A stretch of DNA of 49,383 nucleotides, counting the filler, from Jimgerdemannia flammicorona (lineage: Eukaryota), in assembly GCA_003990765.1 (NCBI GenBank). It is 2 parts of 2 records of this genome, joined end to end, with 100 filler letters (N's around TTAATTAATTAA, not from the genome) between each part and the next. Parts side by side here need not be neighbours in the genome. Positions count along the whole stretch, not along the records: positions 1 to 24,642 come from RBNJ01000946.1; 1 more part is not named here. One strand, 5' to 3'. Shown in pieces: positions 1-11,510 of this stretch. The notes under the pieces are model-generated. The model did no database searches. It was not told the origin of the DNA and saw only the letters and a list, made by a program, of their open reading frames with translations. Position 1 is the first letter of the stretch, and each line of letters opens with the position of its first letter. The position numbers and the translations under genes were made by a program.

Positions 1-659
1 ACCGAGGCCGCACCAGCCACCTGCTTCGAGATAAGCCCCAGGACCATCCTCGCCGTTACTGCCAAGCCCCGGAAGCACAAGGTAGCCGTGAACTCCGAGA
101 TAGACTTCTTGAGCAACAGGGCCACTGCCAGTCCCGTTACACCATCAGCCAGGTCCCCCTTCCGCATCGGGAGCCCCTGCCCCCCCTGGCCATCAACCGT
201 CACATCTCTTTTTTTCTCCAGATTCGCCGTCACGCCACCATCAGCAGTCCCACCACTACCCCCAGCCGTCCCTCCACTTCCTCTACCTCCCCCCAGCGAA
301 GGTCCAGCTCCCCCAGTGGTTCCATCCTTCTGCTTCCCCTTTCCTCCTGCCGGTCCACCACGAGTGCCCAATGGCCAGCCCCCACCCCTCAGCGTGTCTG
401 CAAAGCTCCTACCCTGCTTCCCTCCAGCCCCCCCACCAGTGCCACTTCCACTGCCTGAGCCACCCTGCCCACTCGAGCCACCGAAGGACCCCATCCCCAA
501 ACCATAACCTCTCCCAACAGTCTGCCAGTCAAAGGCCCCAGGTCCACCCGACCTAGTATGTGCGTCGGCTTGCTTGCTGGTTGACATTGCCTTAGTATCT
601 TTTCTCCAATAAATGCTTCGAAAGTGTGTTGAAAAGTGCGTGTAACGTGAATTGTAGTG
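1..659 (-). mobile_element. 5' end (UTR and start of ORF1) of a young L1/Tx1-like LINE inserted into the A1 repeat of the Ngaro element
   Basis: The reverse strand reads GDLADGVTGLAVALLLKKSISEFTATLCFRGLAVTARMVLGLISKQVAGAAS, matching ORF1 at 11580-13178. The terminus CACTACAATTCACGTTACAC matches other LINE 5' ends. CpGs are still abundant. Confidence 0.9.
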
Positions 660-834
660 CCTTTCTACGCTAAAGATAACTTAGCTAGTAGTGTTTTAAA
701 AATACGCCAACCATTAATGCGAGTTAGTAACAATGTAATCGGTCCAGTGACTGAGTATTCGTCGCATCTCAGCTAGTCAGGCATATACTATGCCAAGTTG
801 CAATTAGTCACTAGTATTTACAATCAGTTCACAT
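660..834 (+). repeat. Split direct repeat A1 (left part cut off by the LINE)
   Basis: CCTTTCTACGCTAAAGATAACTTAGCTAG...CAATCAGTT recurs at about 5137-5312 and, inverted, at about 26818-26992. Confidence 0.92.
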
Positions 835-846
835 ACTATATTCACA

Positions 847-2190
847 ATGCCCCCAATTTGCACTCAGTCTCATGGTCCTTTGGAACCAGCTATAGCCCCA
901 AGACTGGTTGCCCCCCTAGCCCCCTTACATGAACCTCACCCCTCCCCCATTCCCAATCTATCTGGCCTATGTGCTTGTCGCAAAGAACAGCTAGTCACAC
1001 TGTATCACAAATATCATCTACCAGTTGAAGGTCAAAAAGCTGCACTAGTTACGTGTCTCAACTCGCACCGTCTAAGTCCCGACCCTCCACCTCAGCTGAT
1101 TATTGGAGAGCAAGCTGAAGATGCCCTTATTGAATGCTTAATCCCCACTTTAGTTGAGCACTTTGTAATACATCCATCCATCATACTGACAGGCCCCAAC
1201 TTAATTACTCTGCCAGTATCAGGGCTACCAGTAGGCTTGTCATAGGCAATTCCTCTATAGGCCACTACTTCTCTCTCAGCCATGACCCTCTTCATGCTGC
1301 CACCTCCCATGACAAGGTTGACATCACAATCGCTACCAAATCTGCAAAGTGGTGAGTCTTCCTTGTCTCTCATTTCAGATGCCGTGCTTCAATGGAATTG
1401 GGTACCACCTGACTTGCTGGCATTACTAGATGCAGGCGACTATCAGATTCTATCTGAATAGACCAGCAGCGCTCTCATTTCATGATCAAGCAGCTGCAAA
1501 AAAGCAGATATATATATGCCCGACTGCGATCTAGATCTACCACTGTGGCTCAAAGCCATCTTTAACATCTGAGGTGCTCTACTGGCTCTGGGTACCACCC
1601 AATCGACTTCGCATACATCCCATGCTCCTCAACTTCTTGCCCATGCAATCTTTATCATTAAAGTGATAAATGATCATTACGACTGGGTGGCACTTCAATG
1701 CTTTGACTGTCAAGTTTGTACACTCAGAGCCTCCTTCCCTGACTTGGACATCGGCAATCCAGACATAGTTCGCCATATATTCGAGACAATCTTTGGCCAA
1801 TCTTCCTCAGTACCCTTAGCATACCAACATCACTCTATGTTCTTCTATACTAGATCTCATATGGTGGGAAGTTCATCAACTGCCCACCTGGCTGGTGGCC
1901 CAAAATCGGTCTCATCCACCAACCTCTTGTGCTTTCGATGTGGGGTGTGGGGACATGCCATCAGCTCCTGCACCCAAACCCCACTCTAGCATCCTACTTT
2001 CCCATCTAAGCCAGACGATCCTATCTACCCAGATGGTGCAGCAAGCTCAGTCTGTCATAACTTTAATGGCTCTGGTTGCTCCTATCGAAACTGCAGTCGA
2101 GCGCACATATGCCTCTTCTGCTATAGACCTCACACAGCCCCGGCTTGCTCTGCTCGCCATAGCTATTCTCTCGATTCCCCCCACTTCTAG
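847..2190 (+). pseudogene. Ngaro ORF1 (Gag-like) with SAP-like motif, CCHC knuckle and CCCH-type finger; in-frame stops
   Basis: ORFs 847-1245 and 1663-1989 share one frame. Motifs: RKEQLVTLYHKYHLPVEGQKAALVTCL, CFRCGVWGHAISSC and CHNFNGSGCSYRNCSRAHIC. Stops at 1243, 1459, 1570 and 1987 are sense codons in copy 2. Confidence 0.8.
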
Positions 2191-3901
2191 TCATCCAACC
2201 ACCCCATACCATATTAAGGAGCGGAAAAGGGTACTGCATTCATATCCAAACCAATCACTCGTTCAGTACCACCTAACAGATCTCTACCATAGTTATCAGC
2301 ATGGAAATCACTCTCACCCTGAGCTTCACATCGATCTCATATCCAACAACCTTACCTCCACTTACCAGCACCAAGAAGTTCTCTCCACCAACATTCTCAC
2401 CAAGCTAGCTGCGGGTCGCTATCTTGGCCCATTTTTGTCTCTCTCCTCCATACCACCAGAATTCCGCCCCTTTTGCAACGCACCCCTCGGTGCCATTCCT
2501 AAGAAGCACTCATCCAAATTTCGTACTATACAACATCTATCCTTTCCCTATGGGAGTTCAGTCAATGAGGGAATCGATTCTGAGGAGTTCTCAATCCAGT
2601 ACCAGTCCATTCAAGCTGTCATTCTCCTTCTCCTCTCAGTTGGCTCTACTGTGCTCTTCTGGAAGGCCGATGTGGCTGACACTTTCTGCACCATCCCAGT
2701 ACACTGCTCTGATTGGGCTATGCAGGATATTTGCTGGCTTGGTCTTTTCTTCCTTAACATGTTCCTCCCCTTTGGTCTTCGCTCCACTCCCTTTATCTTC
2801 ACATCTCTCATGGACCTCTTTACCTGGATCTGTATTCAACTATATGATCTTCCTAACTTGGGCTATTTCGTAGAAAACTTTATCTATATCGCACCTCCGT
2901 CCAGCACGTTCTCCTCCTATAATCAATTTCATGCTACTGCATCTCGATTTGGCCTCCCACTCAAACCCTCCAAAGATATTCCTCCTACTCCAACTATAGA
3001 GTATGTTGGCTTCATTCTCGATACTCCAACAATGACAATTAGTCTCCCTATGGAGAAATGCACACACATTCTCATCTTACTAGTATCATGGCTTATACTG
3101 GCTCAGCAGACTCGATCATACCATCTATATCCGTGTTCACACTATGAAGCTCAATTACTCTCGGGCCATCTTATGCACATTGTTCAAATACTTCCAGATG
3201 GGAAAGTGTTTTGTAATGGCATCATTTGCTTCACTTCCTCTTGGAAACTGCCCTATATGGGGTGGTGTTTTCCACCTCCTCAACTAGCTACCAACTTACA
3301 GTGGTGGTATGATATTCTACACTCATGGCCAGGTCATCGCCTGCTCTGCCATTCTGAGTGACTCGATTGTGGTCTGTTTACAGATGCATCTGGGATACTT
3401 GGTGCTGGCAGCCTGCTGGGCCAACGCTGGTAGAGTACTCATTGGGCTCTCTCTTTCTTAGATCTGAATGGCTATGACATATTCTGGAAAGAAATGTTTG
3501 CCATTTGGGTCTCGTTGGTGCTCTGGGGCCCCTTGTTTTGTTCTCAATGTATTATTCTCTAATGTGATAGCCAGCCTTGTATCGAATCATTGACCAGTGG
3601 TCGGACACACCATCATCCTCTTGTTAATGACTTACTTCATCATATCATTCTCTTACATCTCGAAATTGGATTCGAAATTCAAGCTTGTTACATCCCTTCA
3701 GCATCTAACCCTGCAGACCCCTTATCTCGCTATATACTTCCTCCACATCCCCAGGACCTGTTGCCTATATTAATCACATCCCTCTTTGGCTTTGCCATCA
3801 ATTCAACACCTGCCTCTACCAATGCACCCACACTTGAATGGGTAACTTTCGGTCAGGCACCAATTCTCTATATCGATTTCTCAACTCCGGCAATATCATA
3901 G
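1895..3901 (+). pseudogene. Ngaro ORF2: reverse transcriptase and RNase H
   Basis: RT motifs PLGAIPKK..KFRTIQHLS, FWKADVADTF, LPFGLRSTPFIF, a degenerate YFVENF (YxDD position) and IEYVGFILD. RNase H motifs FTDASG, WKEMFAI and NPADPLSR. Stops occur near 3359, 3431 and 3560. Confidence 0.9.
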
Positions 3902-4824
3902 AGGCTGCTGCTTTCCCTCTTCAAGATAAATTACTCAGTTATTGGGCTCTTTGGCTTGTCCAAGATGGCAAGCCCTACTCTACCATCAAGAACTACTTCT
4001 ATGATCTTGCAGCCTATCAGGTCGCTCACTGGCATAGTCCTCTACTCCAGTGCCTTTCTCTACCCCTCTTCAATACCATTATGAAGTCTATACAGACTCA
4101 CCCACTACCTTCCAGTTTACTCGACTGGCTTCCTATTACATGCCAACACCTCTGGTCTATCTGTCTCTCTCTCCACATAGATACTCCTTTTGGTACTACT
4201 ATTTGGGCCGTAGCATGCTCTGCTTTTTATGGCTTAATGCATGTCGGTGAATTTACTACTCAAGATGGCTCTGTATTTAATCTGAATTGGCAAATTTTTC
4301 ATTGTCATCTTCATCACTGACAGGATGACACCCTTTCTCAACCATTCTGGGCTCTACATCTTCCCCAAACAAAAACAGGTGGAGCAGGCGATGTCTTCCT
4401 TGGCTTCTCTGGTGCCTTTGATTGCCTGTGCACTGCAATTGTCAACATAGTCCATATTCTCTCAGCGCAACCTCATGACCCCACCTTCTGCCTTGGCCTG
4501 GGCCAACCACTTTCTCGATCTACATTCATTGAAGCGATTCAATCTCTGCTCATGGGCACCTCTCTAGCTGTCAGTATTTATGTTCACTCCTTTCGAATTG
4601 GTGGTGCCATGCTTCTGGCAGCCGGGGGCTATCCTGATCATGTCATTCAACTCACTGGTCGATGGAAATCCACCATATTTCTCCACTACATTTGACACCT
4701 CGACCACATTCTCCCCAAAACCACAGTAATACTAGCAGGACTCCCTCTACCCGATCTTCAGCGGGCCATGGGTTTGGCCGGTAATGGCCGAATTTTGCCC
4801 ATAAGTAGTTTATGGCACCATTAG
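3781..4824 (+). pseudogene. Ngaro ORF3: tyrosine recombinase
   Basis: AFYGLMHVGEF (catalytic R decayed to H), LPQTKTG, VHSFRIGGA, GRWKS and LHYI in one frame, with internal stops; the start coordinate is approximate. Confidence 0.9.
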
Positions 4825-4857
4825 GAGCCTAAAACCACTTCCCAGGCCCACAGTTTT

Positions 4858-5508
4858 GGCCCCCTTCACTAATGTGAATGGTGGGCCTTGGAGGAATATG
4901 CTTCCATATAGCCAAACCTACCCCACTTCATCCCCTATACACATTCTACATTTTATGCTTCATAATCCCCCCTTTTCTACTTTGTTGAATTGGTCACTCA
5001 ATAGACACTTTAATATAGTTATGAATACAATTCAAACTTCAGCAAAGTGGCCAAGAGCCATTTAATATTATGTGGAACAATCATGCAATTTCCCCTTGGC
5101 AGACTTAGTTTAGCACATTTCATGCAGTTTCTTGTCCCTTTCTACACCAAAGATAACTTAGCTAGTGGTGTTTTAAAAATATGCCAACCATTAATGCGAG
5201 TTAGTAACAATGTAATCGGTCCAGCAACTGAGTATTCGTTGCATCTCAGCTAGTCAGATGTATACTACATCGAGTTGCAATTAGTCACTAGTATTTACAA
5301 TCAGTTTGCGTAACCCTCCCACCTATCCCCTTTTAGTAGTATATAATAAAAGAAGGCTCCCTTCGCTAATATGAATGGCGGGCCTTGGAGATATATACTT
5401 CCATATAGCCAAACCTACCCCGCTTAATCCCCTATACATATTCTACATTTTACACTTCATAATCTCCCCTTTTCTACTTCGTTGAATTGGTCACTCGATA
5501 GACACTTT
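4858..5508 (+). repeat. 3' split direct repeats B1 (4858-5011), A2 (5013-5312), spacer with AATAAA, B2 (5355-5508)
   Basis: Two 154-bp copies of GGC(C/T)CCCTTC(A/G)CTAAT...ATAGACACTTT flank a 300-bp copy of the 5' A repeat. Confidence 0.92.
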
Positions 5509-5513
5509 GTATA

Positions 5514-5584
<71 letters not shown>

Positions 5585-5978
5585 GTCTCTTAGACTTTGT
5601 TATTTATTACCAGTCTATCAATATAAATAGAGTTCTCCATCCCACTACTCAATCTCCCTGGGGGGACTTCTCCTCTATACTCTTATACTTGAAGGCTACC
5701 TTACTATCTACTATTACAATTCTCTCCACACTATACTTACAAATTTTCTTCACTAAATGACACTACTGTCCTCTCTGCAGGCACTATCCCAGCTATTAAT
5801 CTGTTAAGATATCTACTATTAATTCTTCCCATCTGGACAGCTGCTCTCCCAAACCCAAATACCTCTCTTTCTTAAAAACTAACAGCCAGTGTCTCATCAA
5901 CCCCACCTATATAGCTAAAATCCAATTAATAGTAAATCACTTATTTATTTCCAATCCCCTCTATCAATCTATCTCACA

Positions 5979-6402
5979 TAGTGCTCCCAATGAATCGAAT
6001 CGAATTGAATTTGGCCCAAACTCGATTCAATTCAATTGAATCAAGGGTCCAAATCGATTTGATTCAAATCAAATCAAAGGTCCAATTTGATTCGAAGTTC
6101 AATTCAAACCTTAATTTTCAAAATGTAGTAACTCGACGAAAACGCATCCAAATTTAACATATTTTAGCTTGTTAGATTCACCATATTAATGTGATTCTAA
6201 CAAGCTAAAGTACGTTAGATTTGGATGTGTTTACGCTGAGTTATTGCATTTTGAAAATTAGGGTTCGAATTAGACCCTCAATTCGATTTGACTTTTGATT
6301 CAATTCAAATTGATTTGAATTGAAAAATTTCCAATTTGATTCGACTTGTTTAACCCTTAATTCGATTTGATTCAAATTTATTCGACTCATTTGGGAGCAC
6401 TA
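5979..6402. mobile_element. hAT-type MITE, copy 1
   Basis: TIR TAGTGCTCCCAA / TTGGGAGCACTA, perfect 8-bp TSD ATCTCACA (5971-5978 and 6403-6410), GAATT/GAATC subterminal repeats and a central palindrome. Confidence 0.92.
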
Positions 6403-9400
6403 ATCTCACAAATCCTCCCATCAACTCCTCTTATTATTCCCTCTCCTCACAACACCCAATCTATCTCTAACTACTAACCAAAAATCTCCAAATACTTTAC
6501 ACTCTCTTAGCCAATGTTCTGATATCTTCATATACCCTCCTTTCTGTCCTATATTGTAACACTCCTTACAATCAAAGTGGCCACCCTCTATAAGGTAATC
6601 TGAATGAAAGTTGAGCATAATATTCTATCTCAGTAAGCACTACCAAATCACTCAGAACTTAGGTGATAGCTATCACTATATGTCAGTATTCTAGATCAAG
6701 ACTCTATTACCTCTCTCTAATACCAATGTACTATCTGCCAATCACTAGGTTATACATCCTATCCTAACTCTCTCTAGTACTCTACTCTATTGTCAATATT
6801 GAAGTCAATCAGTGAAGTACCCTACTATAATACTTAATTTCATCTCTATATCACCAGACCTCATAGAATCTCTCTCTCAGCCCCCTGCCAGTAAAGACAA
6901 ATAGATATACCCCATCAACTACTCTCTACTAGAAGCCCTTATACTACATATGCCCACTATTTCAAAGTCTAATTAGAGACAGGAGATTCTCTGTAGAGTC
7001 TCTTAGTGAGAATCTCATCTCTCAGACCTTTTTCATCAGAGAAACATAGCTACCACCTCTCAGTTCCACAGCTCTCTTCAGTCACCAAGCTCTTAGACAA
7101 TATAGTCTCTTTGAAAAGTCAACCAGTCTAAGGCCTCTATTCACTGACAATAATAGAATTTTCCAACTAATCTGACTCTACCTCTTACCCCAGATCAAAC
7201 CTTTGACTAGCTTCAATAGTCTCTTTATCACCCAGACCAGAAAGTCTAGATAATATACTATATACTACAGTTTTGATAGCCAGTAGATATTTAAGATTGA
7301 AACACAATCTGCCAAAGAGATGTGATAGCCTCTCCAGCTCTGCAGGACCTCTCCCTAAATAGCCCCCACTGCTCCCACTAAGTTCTAGATAGAACTGACT
7401 CATAGATTGAAAGATAGATGCCCAAGTACTATATAGTATCTCCAGTAGGGACAATTGTTCCAATGATATCCCCTCCTACTAAATTATTGCCCAATACTAT
7501 CATTTCACACTTATACTAATTGATTTTAGCCCCTGAGTATATCTTATACCACTCCACTATTTTCTGAAGCATCCTAATATCTGCAGTTGAACTCAGGCCA
7601 ACCACAATATCATCTGCAAAGACTCTTACCTTCCAGACAATTCCAAATATAGAGAGCCCCACTATCTTTCTCAAAATCCTATCTATCAATGGCTTCAAGA
7701 ACAAAAGAAGACAGTGGGTCTCTCTAGAGAATATATATCTCTATTTAGAGAGAATACTACTCTTGGATGAATATTGTACATGAGTATAGCTCTATACCCT
7801 TCCAGTAGCTGATCATTGACACCTAGAACTGCTGAGAGATGCTACTCCTATTAAGTACTTTCACTAACTAGATGTCCTGAAATGGTCAAAGGTCTTCTCT
7901 TGATCCAGAAAGACCAATCTGTCATCTAGCCTGCAGGCTTAAATCTCTTTAATGATATTATGAACCCAAGCTGTACTATTTCTAATGAGCCAGATAATAA
8001 CAAAACCTCATTACTCCTTAATTAAGACTTACTGGGCCACCTTCTGCAGTCTTGCAACAACTATCTTGATGACCAACTTCTTATCTATATCTAGGAGCAT
8101 AATAGGTCACCAGTTCTTTCAGTTCTCCCTCTTACTCTTATCCTTATATAACAGCACCACCAGCTCTAGATCCTGCTCTCCCATCCACTTCTCTTACTAT
8201 AATACTAAGTTACAAAGTACTGTCATCTCTTCTAGCACTCCAGGGATTCTCACCATCTTCTTCCAGAAGTCCCTGGGCAGACCATCCTCTCCTGGTACAG
8301 TGCCCAGCATAGTTGTAGTAAGAATCTGATAAATCTCCTCCTTTTGAACTAATATCACTAAACTGCCAATTCTATCTACTTATAGGGGGGCCAATTCTCC
8401 AAGTATATTCAATGATAGCAGCATTAGCCCCACCCTCTTCCTCACTCTACAGAATACTCCACCTCTCCTTTAGTAAGTCCAAAATATCTTGTAAACTCTA
8501 CATCAGCAGACCATCAGAACCCAGTACCCACTCCCACCTCTGCCTTACTCTCCTCACCTGAAGGATCCTTAAGAGATATTTAGAGGGCCTCTCCCCCTCC
8601 TCCAGCCTCCACCAGTGTAGCCATGCAGCAATTTCTCACACCTTTATCTCAACTTCTATTCCTCAACCCCCTCTAAGTCCAAAAAACCCACCTAATTCTC
8701 CTGAAGTCAGGCCAATCTAGTAGAGATGCAGGTCACCCTCTTCCTCCTTTGTCTTCCTACTACTATGCCAGTCTCACTCCAGTAAACCTTAGCAGTTATC
8801 TTCAACCTCATATATTGAATACTCACTGAGACACTCCTTGGACCCAACTCTCTACTTTCTATCTAATGTCCTCAGCCCAAGTATCCTACAATCTCTTCTC
8901 AACCAATAAAGAGGAATTGAGATACTAATGTCCAGATCTATCTCCACTTCTCTCAAACTGACCATGCCCTACAAGCCCCAATAGTCTGATTATAGACACC
9001 ACTCAACCTCCAGAGACTTCCAGACATCCAGACTCCAGCAATTAGCTGTCAGCACCCAGTCAATTCTAGTTCACAGGCCTCCCACTCAATGGGTATAGAC
9101 CCTCCTATCTCTTTATATTACTCAACCAGTATCCACTAAGAAACTAAGCCACTATACCTCCTCTCAACCCTCTAGACTACTACTCCTGCTCTCTATATTT
9201 CTCTCTCCATCTGTTTTGTCTAAGTAAACCATATTGAAGTTCTCCCCAAGCACCTCCACTCTTGCCTCTGCAAGTACTTCACTATCTAAAAAACTATCAA
9301 TCCACTCCACATACTCACTTCTAATCACAGGACAGTAGCAAGATCTAACTATAATTGACTCTAATCCAGGCCAACACCACTCTTTCCAAACTATATAATC

Positions 9401-11510
9401 TCCCCAGTTTCTATATTATATATTATACCAGTAGCCCAATCTTGCTATTCCAGACTACAGCTCTACCCCATTATCTTGTCCACTTCTATTACTTAAGATC
9501 CATCTTATATCACACATCTTGCAGAAGAAAGAGATCAGTCTCTAATCTCTTTAACTAAGTAAAAATATTAGTTATATTATTTATAGAGAATAATATTGAA
9601 TAGATATATCCTCTTCACAACTCCATATTTACTTTCTTCCTAGCTAAGTCTAATCTATACTCAGCAGCAGCCACTATCTCCTTGATCTGCTTAGCTTCCA
9701 GTCTAACCAAAAGCTTATCTATCACTATATTATCTTTCAACTCCATCTCCTCTCAGTACTTCAAGTAAGCTCCTTACCAAATTTCTAATCTATATCTCTG
9801 TTCCCACCAGAAGACTATAGACTCTCTAGCTACCACTACCATCTCTGCCTCTCTGACAACATCTACCTCATTACTCTTATTATTCAAATATACTACCAGT
9901 ACCTTCTTCACCAGGGCCTCCACAACACCATCTCTCCAGAATTCTTATCTAGTGCTCCTCACTAATAACTCATAAGTCTATATCCCCAACTCCTCTACTA
10001 CTAAGTTGTTTATTACCTGGTATATATACTGCAAGTCTTCAATCTCCTTGTACCCAGAGGTTGTGGTTGGCTGGTCCTGAGCATTACAGTGTCTGCTCCA
10101 ACACTTGCAGACTTATCCCACTCCTTCTCAGAGATATTTACCAGCTCCTCCTCTCTAACCTCAACTACCTACCTCCCACTTACTATCTCAGATACTCTAA
10201 ATTGAATACAGTAAGTCCCCAATATCTCTACATCCTCATCAGCCATTGCCCATATATTCAGAGCCTTTCTTTCTATATCCTCACTCACCTCCTATACATA
10301 CCTCCAGTATGCTATTATCATAGAGAGCCTGATCTCTTACCTCATAGCTCTAACCTCTAGCCTTTGTACTTCTCCCCTCCTCTCCATCAGCCCAGATACT
10401 CTTACAAACACCCCCAGCAGTCTTATTCAAACTGGGTGATATCTTCTCTTTCTCCTTCAAACTCACCAGTAACTCTCTCTGCCTCTTATACCTCTGAGCT
10501 CTCTTTTACTACTTCTTATCTATCTAAATATACTTTCCATCCACTACCTCCAAGTGTGTTGAGTCTATATAAGTCTTATATATCTTAGTCTGCTACTCTA
10601 TAATCCCACTAAGCTCCTCTAGTATCTCTACCAAATCCTCCTCCTCCTTTATACTCTCCTTTACTTTCATTATCTTGCAGATAAATGTCTCCCATATTAG
10701 TACTGAGGGCCAGGCCAGTCTCTCAACTTTCCCATAGCCTCCTTCCCAGCCAGCCAGAGTCTGATATCCATATCTTCTATTCTGAAGGAAGTCCTCTCTC
10801 AGACCTGGAAACCAATATTGATCACCTTGTTATACTCAGCATAGTCTCCTCTACCCTCCTTCTCATCTTGACCATTATTACCATAGATACTCCCTTCAAT
10901 AGTAGCTAGACCACTCTGGGGTCTCACCTCTGACAGTAAGCTATTGAAACTACTATCTCACCTATAGTCAACCCCACCTTTAATATCTCCTCTAAGGGGG
11001 TAGTCTCCTTAAAGCCCACCTCTACCTTCTGAAGCTCCTTTAAGAACTACACCAAGATATCCCCAGCCATCTGCTTTAAGATCAGTCTCAACTATCTTTG
11101 CCATTACTATTAAGTCACAGAAGTATAATATGATAGTAAACTTTGAAATCAATTTCTTAAGTAATGGGGCTACTGCCAGGCCTATTATATTATCAATCAG
11201 ATTTCTCTATCCCTACTGGTTCCTCTGCATAGTGCAACCATCAGCTATTATATCTCTTTTTTTTTTTTCCAAATTTACTATTATACCTCTATTAGCAGTC
11301 ACTCTACTGCTCCCAACCACAGCTCCATCTGCTTCTATACTTGCTCTCCTGGGCAAAGAGTCTCCTGCCCTCTCCAGATTAGCCTTTTTCTTTCCTTCAG
11401 CTACACTAGCTCAAGCACTTACTGGCCACAGCTTTTTCCAGTACCATTCAGGTTACACAACCTTTGGAAGGCACTTACAACATCGTTTTTGGCGAAAAGA
11501 GACTAACAAC

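Larger units (their letters stand above)
660..5508 (+). mobile_element. Ngaro-type tyrosine-recombinase retrotransposon, copy 1 (near complete, decayed)
   Basis: Gag-like ORF1, RT/RNase H ORF2 and YR ORF3 lie on one strand, bounded by split direct repeats A1 (660-834), B1 (4858-5011), A2 (5013-5312) and B2 (5355-5508). Confidence 0.92.

Noticed and set aside
88..556. Pro-rich plus-strand ORFs
   Set aside because: They are the antisense reading of the G-rich LINE ORF1.
3781..4824. Phage integrase or retron-like RT plus recombinase system
   Set aside because: The Gag, DIRS-type RT/RNase H and split direct repeats explain it as a YR retrotransposon.
5047..5253. 68-aa ORF repeated at 26876-27082
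   Set aside because: It lies inside the A repeat and starts at GTG; the conservation just reflects DNA identity.
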